A stretch of DNA of 64,000 nt from Mobula hypostoma (taxonomy: Eukaryota). Position 1 is the stretch's first letter. Every line of letters begins with the position of its first letter. A model generated the notes under the pieces. It had not been told where the DNA came from. It searched no databases and saw nothing but the letters and a program-made list of their open reading frames with translations. Made by a program: the position numbers and the translations under genes. The stretch covers positions 20,584,001 to 20,648,000 of the forward strand of contig NC_086108.1 in the NCBI RefSeq assembly GCF_963921235.1, written 5' to 3'. Positions 26,172 to 37,668 of the stretch are shown in pieces.

Positions 26172-27090
26172 CATAGTACTGGATCACTGGTCTTGAATGT
26201 CACAGATCTAGCCCTTAGCAGACTATGAATCTCCTGGTTTACCCATGGCTTTTGATTTGGGTATGTCCAGTATGTTCTGGAAGAAACATACTCATCTACA
26301 CAGGTTTTGATTAAGTCAGTGACATCTGTGGCATATTTATTCAGAGTCCACTGATTCAAAGCAGTCCTGTAAGTGCTCTCTTGCCACCTTTGACCATACC
26401 ATCTTGGTTCTTACCACTGGTGCTGCAGTCTTTAGTCTCTAAGCTAGAAATAGAAGTATAGCCAAGTGATCGGACTTTCCAAAGTGTGGACATGGGATGG
26501 CACGGTAAGCATTCCTGATGGTGGTATAACACTAGTCAAGTATGTTGGCTCCTCTGATTCTACAGGTCATCTGTTGATGGTAGTTGATCAGAAACTTTTT
26601 CAAGTCGGCCTGGTTGAAATCTCCTACAAAGATAAGGAAGGCATCAGGGTCCAGTTTCGTGTCTGCTAATTACGTTGTTCAGCTCCTCCAGAATATGCCT
26701 ACAGTTGCCCTGAGTTGGAATGTACACCACTACCTGGATGATGGTGAAAACTCCCGTAGCAAATAAAATGGATGGCATTTGACTGCTAGATGTTCCAAGT
26801 CAGGTGAGCAGGGTTGAGACAGAACCATCACGCTTATACACACGTGATGAATTAATCATCAAATATACTCCACGTTCTGTCTTGAAGATACTAAGTTGTC
26901 CTGTCTTTGCAGAGAATGGTGAAGACACTGAGCTACAGCGCTGCATCCAAAATGGTGGGGATAGACATATTTCCGTAAAGCAAAGTATACAGCAGTCTGA
27001 GATGTCCCTCTGATACAGAATCCTTCCTCTGAGGTCTTCAGTATTATTTTCCAGAGACTGCACCTTCACCAGCAGGATAACGGAGCTGCA
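26172..27090 (-). mobile_element. Old Rex1/Babar-like LINE endonuclease region
   Basis: VQSLEN, LCFTE, FGKSDH remnants. Confidence 0.75.
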
Positions 27091-28528
27091 TGGAAACAGT
27101 CACCACTTAATGGCGCCATTTTACAGCAATTAACACAGAGCGGGTTGGAAATATAATAGTCCAAAATAAAAGATTTTGTGCATTTTTCAAATGTCCTAGC
27201 AATTTTTTTAAGATAAACAAAAATGCAAAGGATTCAAAATTTAATATTTTGATTCACTTTACTCAGTTTTATATATTTTGCATCTACAACAAAGTTACTA
27301 ATTACATGCCCTACTGCATTCACAATAAGCTTTCAATTTTGCATTATTTAGACATAGGATGGGATTGAACCATTTCCATTGCTGAATGACTAAAAGCCTG
27401 AATAAAATTAGCCCCAACTCCATAGCCTTTCCCCCCACCATATAATTTAATGATTATCAAAAATCTATTAACACTGGAATTAAATCAAGAATTGGCTTGC
27501 AAAAGGGAGATCCAAATTCTGTCACTTTCAAAAAGGCCTAGCTTTAATGTTTTGCTTAACAAGCACTATTTCTTTATATTGACTGTTTCAGCTTCCCTAT
27601 ATATAAATGTTGAAACAAATGATGGAAACAAAATCTTCCATTGGTACTTCCATTGTACCATTCTATTCATTTAAGGATTTGGGGCCAAACCATTTTGAGG
27701 ATTAACAATGTTGTGCCTTTATTTAAGCAAGGCTGCAAAGATAAGCTAATGAACTACAGGGCAGTGAGTGTCGCATTAGTGGTGGGAAAGTTACTGGAAG
27801 GAATTCTGAAGGACAGGATCTATTTGCATTTGAAAAAGTACTGATTAGAGATAGTTAAGATGGCTTTGTTTATTGAAGATCATGTCACACAATGAGTTTT
27901 TTTGAGGAGGTGACAAAAGGATTAATGAAGGCAAGGTAGAAGTCCTTGTTAACATGGACGTCAGCAAGGCCTTTGACAAAGTACCTCATGGTGGCTGCAC
28001 ATAGAAGTTTAAATACATGGGATCCAAAGTGAGTAAGCAAAGTGGATATAAAATTGGCTTGATTGTAGGAGGCTGACAGTGGAAGTGAAAGGATACTTTT
28101 CAGATTGGGAACCTGGAACTAATGACATCTGGTCCTTAGGTTGCGATTCTAAATTGGAGAAAGAGCAATTTTGATGGTATCAGAAAGGATCTGGCAAGTG
28201 TGGTTTGGGACAGGCTGTTTTCTAGCAAAGATAGTAAGTGGGAGGCTTTCAAAAGTAAAATTTTGAGAGAACAACATTCGTATATTCCTGTCAGAAAAAA
28301 AAAGCAATGATACCGGGTTTAGAGAATCTCGTTTATGAAAAATATTGAGGGCCTAGTTAAGAAAAAGGTGGTGCATAGCAGGTATAGGCAGGTAGGAATA
28401 ACTAAGGTACTTGAGGAAAGTAAGAAATGCAAGAGAACACTGAAGAAGGAAATCAAGAGGGCTAAAAGAAGGCATGAGGTTGCTCTAGCAAACAAGATGA
28501 AGGAGAATCCTAAGGGCTTCTACAGATA

Positions 28529-28630
28529 ACACACATCAAAGTTGCTGGTGAATGCAGCAGGCCAGGCAGTATCTCTTGGAAGAGGTACAGTCGACGTTTC
28601 AGGCCGAGACCCTTCGTCAGGACTAACTCA
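28529..28630 (-). mobile_element. Short PLE 3' terminus
   Basis: Nearly identical to 46636-46735; flanked by tacagata/tacatata. Confidence 0.85.
28588..28625 (-). ncRNA. Minimal type-I hammerhead ribozyme motif (intact core)
   Basis: UAGUC-CUGACGA-AGGGUCUCGGCCU-GAAA-CG-UC/GACUG; stem I AGUC:GACU. Confidence 0.72.
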
Positions 28631-29059
28631 TACATATATATTGTTACATACCTCAGGAAATCTGTGATTTTTTTTGTGTGAGAATGATGTAATGGTCTTT
28701 TGGAGGTCACCTGATGTAATTTTCCCACTGATGTGAGGTCACGTGATGACATGTGCACCACGGGTATATAAGGGAAGACCTCAGATGACGCAGTTAGTTT
28801 TTAGTTTTCCAGCTAGAATATGCATCTGTGTCTCCATTTCTGTTGCATATTTGTTTTTATGACGCAGTTTCATTTTTAAAACAGTTGTTATGTTCTGTTG
28901 CAAGGTACAATAGTGCTGGACTGGAAATTTTTGTTAGATGTGTTGATGTACCTTATTCCAGCAGTAGTACGGGAGAGTGAAGAACTTATCGAAGTACAGG
29001 ACCCAAAGGACTGAGAGGAGTCGGTATCGTTCAGCAGTTTCACAAAGGATCGACCTTAT

Positions 29060-30893
29060 AGTCATAGTCATAGTCATACTTTATTGATCCCGGGGGAAAT
29101 TGGTTTTCGTTACAGTTACACCATAAATAATAAATAGTAGTAGAACCACAAATAGTTAAATAGTAATGTGTAAATTATGCCAGTAAATTATGAAATAAAT
29201 TCAGAACCAGCCTATTGGCTCAGGGTGTCTGACCCTCCAAGGGAGGAGTTGTAAAGTTTGATGGCCCACAGGCAGGAATGACTTCCTCTGACGCTCTGTG
29301 TTGCGTCTCGGTGGAATGAGTCTCTGGCTGAATGTACTCCTGTGCGCAACCAGTACATTATGTAGTGGATGGGAGACATTGACCAAGATGGCATGCAACT
29401 TAGACAGCATCCTCTTTTCAGACACCACTGTGAGAGAGTCCAGTTCCATCCCCACAACATCACTGGCCTTACGAATGAGTTTGTTGATTCTGTTGGTGTC
29501 TGCTACCCTCAGCCTGCTGCCCCAGCACACAACAGCAAACGTGATAGCACTGGCCATCACAGGCTCATAGAACATCCTCAGCATCGTCTGGCAGATGTTA
29601 AGGACTTCAGTCTCCTCAGGAAATAGAGACGGCTCTGACCCTTCTTGTAGACAGCCTCAGTGTTCTTTGACCAGTCCAGTTTATTGTCAATTCGTATCCC
29701 CAGGTATTTGTAATCCTCCACCATGTCCACACTGACCCCCTGGATGGAAACAGGGGTCACTGGTACCTTAGCTCTCCTCCTGCAGATAATTCTGCTCACA
29801 CCATGTGACAAAGTTTCCTATCGTAGCCCTGTACTCAGCCTCATCTCCCTTGCTGATGCATCCAACAGAGTCATCTGAAAACTTCTGAAGATGACAAGAC
29901 TCTGTGCAGTAGTTGAAGTCCGAGGTGTAAATGGTGAAGAGAAAGGGAGACAAGACAGTCCCCTGTGGAGCCCCAGTGCTGCTGATCACTCTGTCGGACA
30001 CACAGTGTTGCAAGCACACGTACTGTGGTCTGCCAGTCATGACGTCAAGAATCCATGATACCAGGGAAGCATCCACCTGCATCGCTGTCAGCTTCTCCCC
30101 CAGCAGAGCAGGGCAGATGGTGTTGAACGCACTTGAGAAGTCAAAAAACATGACCCTCACAGTGCTTGCTGGCTTGTCCAGGTGGGCGCAGACACGGTTC
30201 AGCAGGTAGACGATGGCATCTTCAACTCCTAGTCGGGGCTGGTAGGCGAACTGGAGGGGATCTAAGTGTGGCCTGACCATAGGCCGGAGCAGCTCCAGAA
30301 CAAGTCTCTCCAGGGTCTTCATGATGTGGGAGGTCAATGCCACCAGTCTGTAGTCATTGAGGCCGCTGGGGTGCGGTGTCTTCGGCACAGGGACGAGGTA
30401 GGACGTCTTCCACAGTACAGGAACCTTCCGGAGCCTCAGGCTCAGGTTGAATACATGGCAAAGTACTCCACATAGCTGAGGGGCACAGGCTTTGAGCACC
30501 CTGGTACTGACACCATCCGGTCCTGCAGCCTTGCTTGGGTTGAGACGTTTCAGCTGTCTTCTCACCTGTTCAGCTGTGAAGCCCACAGTGGTGGTTTCGT
30601 GTGGGGAAGGGGTATAGTCATGAGAGCAGGGTGGGGAACTGTGAGGAGGGGTAGGAGGGGAGAGTGGAATATGTGTTGGTTGGGGGCCGACAACAGATGG
30701 CTCATGTGGGGGATGGGCAGGGGCCACAATGTCAAATCTGTTAAAGAACAGGTTAAGTTCATTGGCCCTGTCCACACTGCCTTCAGCTCCTCTGTTGCTA
30801 GTTTTCCGGAACCCAGTGATGGTCCTCATCCCCCTCCAGACTTCTCTCATGTTGTTCTGCTGGAGTTTCCAATCAAGCTTCATTGAGTAGAAA
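29060..30893 (-). mobile_element. Rex1/Babar LINE, 5'-truncated
   Basis: 399-aa ORF with NDYRLVALTS, FFDFSSAFNT, PQGTVLSP, KFSDD; (tgacta)n tail; possible TSD CTTAT. Confidence 0.92.
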
Positions 30894-31319
30894 CTTATTG
30901 AGTCTTCGTTGAAGGAGTAGCGACCCGCAACGAGGATAACTCTTGCCAAAAGAGTAAGGTAGGTCATGCAAAGGTTTGCTCTCTAGAATTTAAGGTCAGT
31001 TGTTTTAAACTGTTTATTTCCTGCATCGTGAATCCTTTGGACAGAGCCAGCAGGAAAGTCGTGTCTGTGAAGAAATCCTTCTCCAGAGAAGTCTCTCCCA
31101 ATTGAACGTATAAATCTGTTCGACTTTCGAATTTTCCATTTTAAGAACTATATCTGACTTTACCGCTTTAAGAACTGTTTTTGCATTTAACGCTTTAAGA
31201 ACCGGTGCCGAGTGATGATTTGTTGAATGGCTGCATTGCGGTTAACTTCCGGTTAAGGTTTTTGTTTGCTTTTTTTATTGTTTATCCGTGTTTAATAAAT
31301 GTTTGGTTGTTTTTAAATA

Positions 31320-32895
31320 CAGGTTTCCCCCGCCATCCGAAGGTAGAGCGTTCCTATGAAACGGTTCGTAAGCTGAAATGTCGTAAAGCGAAGAAGCAAT
31401 TACCATTTATTTATATGGGAAAATTTTGTGAGCGTTCGCAGACCCAAAAATAACCTAATAAATCATGCCAAATAACACATAAAACCTAAAATAACAGTAA
31501 AATATAGCAAAAGCAGGAATGATATGATAAATACACAGTCTATATAAACTAGAAATACTTTTCCACAATCATTGTGTTCTCCGTAGCGAAAATCTCATGC
31601 AAGCGCTCTCAGCAGAAAATCTCACGCAAGCGCTGTCGGCAAAAGCACTCTCTCCAGTAACCTTTAAGCTATGAATCTGCCAAATCATACCAAATAACAC
31701 GTAAAAATACACAGCCGATATAAAGTAGAAATAATGTATGTACAGTGTAGTATCACTTAAGGGAATTGGGAAGACATCGAGCACACTGATGATAGTGTGT
31801 TAGACTGCGTCGTCACAGGTTGGGGGTGGTGCAGTGGCCGACTGATACCGATCCACGAAGTATGCAGGGGTACAGTGGTAGCTGGGAGGCATCCAGCATA
31901 TCTTTAAGAAAAAAGCCGAAATAAACATGCTAATTAATTGGGTGCTGCCCGACATGTAATTGTCAGCCCAGATCAGAGGCGATTTCTGATTGCATCGCCT
32001 CTGATCTGGGCCGACAATTAAGTGTCGGGCGGCACCTAATTAATTAGTATGTTTATTTCGGCTTTTTTCTTAAAGATGTGCTGTGTGCCTCCCGGCTACC
32101 GCTGCATTCTCTGTGAATCGGTATCTGTCCATGGCCTGGGGGTTGGGGTGGTGGGACACTGAGGTGTCATCTCGTCGTCTGTTCCCATTAGGGCAGGCAG
32201 CTCATCTTCTCCTATGACTGCGCGCCTCGATGTCGATGGTCGAGGTTCGTCGTCTGCTGTGGCTAATGTGGAAGGCTTGCTTCACTGCTGAGCCTCACGC
32301 ATTTTTCTATCATACAGTTCTTTGTAAGCACTCAAACCATCCTGCAAGTATCCCCTAAACCTACGTACCCTTTCAAAATTAAAGTCGTACTTTATCATTG
32401 CAGCGAAAATCTCATGCAGTTGCTTCACGTTCATTTCGCTAATGAATTTGGTTTCGATTGTTATCCTTTCCTCTTCCAATTGCATCAGCTCTTCATCTAT
32501 CAGTTCTTGGTCATGGGATGCCAAAACCTCTTCAACATCATATTCGTCACCTTCCACAAGCCAAACTCACATTATCCTTACTTCCTTCACCACGATCAAA
32601 ACGCTTAATTATGTCTAATTTTACATTAACTGTAACACCCTTACAAGCTCTTTCAGGCTTTTCCGACACCTTAGAACTCATCTTGCTAACGGCTGCTCAG
32701 TGCAACGTGTTTAAGCAATGCCATTCCGAATCTGGGGGAGAGCGGCTGCACGGGGCGCGCGCTGCCTTTTATCACGCGCTGATTTTTTTCGTAACAGTGA
32801 AAACACCTTCCGTTAGCAAAAACAGGGAACTAATGTAGATCTTTCGTAACAGTGAGGTTTCGTAAAGTGAACGTTCGAAAAGTGGGGGACACCTG
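31320..32895 (-). mobile_element. Tigger/pogo (Tc1/mariner) internally deleted element
   Basis: TA TSD; imperfect TIRs CAGGT(T/G)TCCCCC; N-terminal VKLDIIKRFDRGE remnant and C-terminal DVEEVLASHDQELIDEEL remnant. Confidence 0.88.
31875..32101. repeat. Long imperfect palindrome inside the Tigger
   Basis: Arms such as tctttaagaaaaaagccgaaataaacat / atgtttatttcggcttttttcttaaaga; centre ~31988. Confidence 0.92.
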
Positions 32896-33625
32896 TAACC
32901 TGCCTTGATTTATATTCATTGTTGTCGATTACATAACAATATTAAAAGCAAAAGAATAGCAAGGGTCAAAACTGGTCCTCTGGAAGATCAGAGTGGTAAT
33001 CTATGTACAGAGCTGAAAGAGATAGGGCAGATCTGAAATGGGTTTTTGTATCTGTTTTTACTCAGGGGATGGACACACTATCTACAGAAGTGAGGCAATG
33101 CAGCAGAGAGCATGGACCCTTTACAATTTATGGAGGAGGACAGGTTTGCTGTCTTGTGGCAAATTAGGGTGGATAAATCCCCAGGGTTTGACAAGGTGTT
33201 CCCTCGGACCCCTTGGGAGGCTAGTGCAGAAATTGCAGGGGCCTTAGCCGAGATATTTTAAAAATTCTTAGTGACAGGTGAGATGCCGGAAGATTGGAGA
33301 ATAGCTAATGTTCATTTGTTATTTAAGAAAGGCTCTAAGAGTACACCAGGAAATTATAGGCTAATAGGCCTGATATCAGTAGTGGGAAAGGTCTTGAAAG
33401 GTATTCTAAGGGACTGGATATATATCAGTATTTGGATAGACAGGGATTGATTATGGATTTGTTCATGGAAGGTTGCATCTAACCAATCTTTTACAGTTTT
33501 TCGAGAAGGTTATCAGGAAAGTTCATGAAGGCAAGGCAGTGGATGTTGTCTACATGGATCTTAGCAAGGCCTTTGACAAGGTCTGTATGAGAGGTTGGCC
33601 AAGAAAGTTTAGTTGCTTAGAATAC

Positions 33626-34345
33626 TGTAAGGGGTTTCTTCTTTAATGCTATTGCTGAGGCTAATCAAAATGGCTTCTTTGTTATGTTAGAATAAAGTAG
33701 CTTCTTTGTTATGTTAACTACTGAGAAAGTTCTCTCCCTAGCAGTTTATTTGGGTTATATTACTGATAATGAGGGTTGTATTAATTTGCTAACCAACTGG
33801 GATAGATGTTATTCTTTCTTGTGTGTCTGTAAGCTATTGTTTCTCATGGGCTTTGGGGCAGAAAGTGGATGGGGACAGAGATAGGAGACGCGATGCTGTG
33901 AGCTGGGCGGCGGAACGGACCCCGAACGGGAGTCTTAGGCCCAGGGTCTTCGGCAAGGAGAGGAGACAAAGACAGACTCGTGTGGAGCGTCTGGTTGACC
34001 ACCGTGGTTGGTCCCAGGCGTCGGGTCGAGGAGGTCAGAGGGGATCGAAGGGTGGAAAGTGGATTCCGTTAATTGAGCTCCAACTGTTGTGCACGAAGTG
34101 GTTGAACTTCGATAAGTTTGATGCCTTTTACTTTCCTTTTATATTTTATCTCTACTAATTATATAGTTCTAGTAAGATCTATAAAATGTTATCATTTAAG
34201 CACATATGGTGTATTGTCTGTTATTTGGCCGGGTGGGGTACATCACACAGCATCCACACAAACTTGATTACCCAGTTCGGCAGGGCTGAAAACTGCTCCC
34301 CCTAAACGAAAGCGAGCTGAGCAAGCCTGAGGCTTACCAGGGGCT
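33626..34345 (+). mobile_element. LTR-like element flanked by 161-bp direct repeats
   Basis: Starts TGTAAGGGG, ends ...AGGGGCTA (no terminal CA); repeats at 33465-33625 and 34346-34506. Confidence 0.75.
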
Positions 34346-36625
34346 ATGGAAGGTTGCATCTAACCAATCTTTTAGAGTTTTTCGAGAAGGTTATCAGGAA
34401 AGTTCATGAAGGCAAGGCAGTGGATGTTGTCTACATGGATTTTAGCAAGGCCTTTGACAAGGTCTGCATGAGAGGTTGGCCAAGAAAGTTTAGTTGCTTA
34501 GAATACAATATGAGCTATTAAATTAGACATTGGCTTCACAGGAGAAGTAGGGAGTAGATGATTGCCTCTAGTGACTGGAAGCCTGTGACTAGTGGTGTGC
34601 TGCAGAGATCGGCGCTGGGTTCATTGTTGTTTGTTATTTATTTCAACGATCTGGATCTTAATGTGGTAAACTGGATCAGCGAATTTACAGATGACAAGAC
34701 TGGGGGTGTAGTGGACAGCTAGGAAGGCTATCAAAGCTTGCAGCGGGATCTGGACCTGCTGAGAAAATAGGCTAAAAAATGGAAGATGGGTTTAATTCAG
34801 ACAAGTGTGAGGAGTTGCACTTTGGGTGGACCAGCCAGGGTAGGCCTTACATGGTGAACGGTTGGGCACTGAGGAGTGCAGTACCACAGAGGGATCTGGG
34901 AATACAGATCCATAATTCCTTGAAAGTGGCATCACAGGTAGATAGGGTTGTAAAGAAAGCTTTTAGCATGTTGGCCTTTATAAATCAATGTATTGAATAA
35001 AGGAGTTGGGATGTTATGTTGAAATTGTATAAGACATTGATGAGGCCTAATTTGGAGTATCATGTGCAGCTCTGTTCGCCTACCTACAGAAATAATATAA
35101 ATGAGATTGAAAGAGTGCAGGAAAAATGTACACGATGTTGCTGGTACTTGACCTGAGTTATAGGGAAAGGTTGAATAGGTTAGGACTTTATTCCCTAGAA
35201 CGTAGAAGATTAAGTAGAGTTTTGATAAAGGTATAAAAAATTATGAGGGGTATAGATAGGGTAAATGCAAGCAGGCTTTTCCCATTGAGTTTGGATGAGA
35301 CTACAACTAGAGATCATGGTTTAAGGATGACAGGTGAAATGTTTAAGAACACGAGGGGAATCAACTTAATTCAGAGGGTGGTGACAGTGTAGAACGAGCT
35401 GCCAGCGCAAGTGGTGTATATGGGTTTGATTTCAACATTTAAGAGCAATTTGGAAAGGTACATGTACAGGAAAGGTATGGAGGGCTATGGTTTAGGTGCA
35501 GGTTGATGGGACTAGGCAGATTCATGGTTTAGCATGAACTAGATGCGCAAAGGGCCTGTTTCTGTGCAGTAGTGTTCTATGACACTACGGCTGTACCTTA
35601 GTGCTATCCATAATGTTTTGTTATCTGCAGGATGTCCATGACCGTATCCTTTGTGGACAAGGAGAAAGTTTATTGCATTTAGAGTCAACAAGATTATGGC
35701 TTTTATAACTGAAGAAAACAAATGAAGTGATATATTTGCAAACCGGCTCCATTCTGTTTAAAAGTTCTCTGGTTTCTCTTCAAATCATATAAAAGTTTGA
35801 GCCTCTTGTCATATATCACTTTAATTCTCTAACCTAGTTGCATTCTGACCTCCCTACCTATGGCTCATAGATTATTCCAACAATATATAATATAAGCTTA
35901 AGGATAGTACCTTGTCCTTCATTGGGTTACATTTTAGCCATCAGGACTTAATATTGAACTTTAACAATTAACAGTTCTATACAATAGATAGTCTATTCTT
36001 CATTGAATCTAGATATCTGTTAGCAGCTGCTTCCTGGACAACTTCAGTCTGGGCCCTCCCACAGAGGTTTCCTCTCTTTTGTTACCACTCTTCCCCTCTC
36101 TGCAACTTTAAACTGGGTTTTTTATTTTTCAGGTTCTGATGTATGCTTGACCCAAAACATAGACTCTCTCTACTGAAGCTGCTTAACCTGCTGAGTGCTT
36201 CAAGCATTTTCAGTTTTTGTTTCAAAATTCCAGGTCCGATGGTTTTTGCTCCATTTACTCTCCAGTATCACCACATTTACATTTCTTAGGTAAGGATTTT
36301 GCTGTCAACATATCAATCAGGTGATCAGCATCAGAGTGGCAATTCATTATTTGAAACACTGGTCCACAAATAATCTGTACGTTTTGCCACCAGAATGTCA
36401 AGAATTAGAAAAATGCTAAATACTAAAAAAAGAAATCAAAGAAAATGCCGTTTTTGAGTATATCTGTCAGTCAGTAAAGCTGATATATGACTCAGCTTAT
36501 AAACTATCTTGAACAGTAGAAAAGGCATTTACCCAACAGCAACAGCTATAGATAAGAGCAGTACGTGGAACTATTACACATCAAAAATCAGCCTAATGTA
36601 AATATGATTTGCAAAAATCACTTGC

Positions 36626-36680
36626 CTTTCAAATGCTGGCCATGACACTTCTTCACTGAGTTCAGAACCTTCACTGCTAC
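36626..36680 (-). CDS. RALGPS2: RALGPS2 internal coding exon (55 nt, phase 1/2) with GC donor
   Basis: Acceptor TTTTGCTTCAG. Encodes (G)SSEGSELSEEVSWPAFE(R). Donor AG|GCAAGT. Confidence 0.93.
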
Positions 36681-37256
36681 CTGAAGCAAAAAATGTTAAG
36701 GCATTGAATGTCACATTACGCAGACATTCATGTAAACTTAAAGTACTTTTAACAAAGTTTATGTCTTAACTAGGTAATGGATGGTTTTGTTTTCCTTACT
36801 TTCTGGTGATAAAAGTGCACATTACTGATAAAAAGATAATTATCTAGGAATCTCACTATTATTAAGTTGATTATTTACCAAATGTTCAATACTATTCTTT
36901 GATTAACTCACTTATCATTCAGATCAGGAATCTGAACTGCATTGTGTATTGGACGGAAGACCCATTTCACAGATGCTGAGGCTTCACTTATCTAGAGGAG
37001 GTGAGGAGAATACAGTCAAAGCTTAGGTTACCTGAGAGGTGGAAAGAAAGGATTTAGGTCAAAATGCTCAGGGGGTGGCAAAAGAGCCAAATTCAAGTAA
37101 TGGAGTCCATGGGGAGACCTGTCATGAGCAAAGGGCAAAATTGGGCAACTCAGGGTGGTTTTAAGTGCCAAGTTCCACAGTCTTAGATACATTCCTTCTA
37201 AACATCTGTGACTTAAGCAAACTTACTTTTCAAAGTTTGCTTCTATATGAGTGACA

Positions 37257-37668
37257 TATGCAAAATGCTGCAGGAATTCAGCAGGCCAGGCAGCATCTAT
37301 AGTAAAGAGTAAACAGTCAGCCTTTCCAGCAGAGACCCTTCGTCAGGACTGGAGAAAAAAGACGAGCAGTTAGAGTAATAAGGTGCGGGGAGGGGAGGAA
37401 GAAATACAAGGTAGGAGGTGATAGGTGAAACTGAGAGCCGGGGAGGGGTAAAGTAAAGAGCTGGGCAGTCAGTTGGTGGAAGAAGGGAGAATCTGATAGG
37501 AGAGGACAGAAAGCCATGGAAGAAAGGGAAGGGGGTGAAGCACCAGTAGGAGGTCATGGGCAGGTAAGCAGATAATGTGAGAGAGGGAAATGGGAATTGG
37601 GAATGGTGAACGGGCAGAGGGGGGGCATTCCTAAAAATTTGATAAAATCTATGTTTATGCCCTCAGTT
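37257..37668 (-). mobile_element. PLE 3' terminus, decayed hammerhead at 37314-37351
   Basis: CUGACGA-AGGGUCUCUGCUG-GAAA with altered cleavage site; purine-rich tract. Confidence 0.8.

Larger units (their letters stand above)
28642..32938 (+). mobile_element. Solo LTR split by Rex1 and Tigger insertions
   Basis: TGTTACATA...TACATAACA ends; TSD ATAT (28638-41, 32939-42); TATA ~28766; AATAAA ~31294. Confidence 0.82.
27670..35590 (+). mobile_element. Degraded CR1 pieces hosting PLE, LTR, Rex and Tigger insertions
   Basis: [21 protein letters not shown] joined across 28528-32939; CR1 3' end ~35585. Confidence 0.85.
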
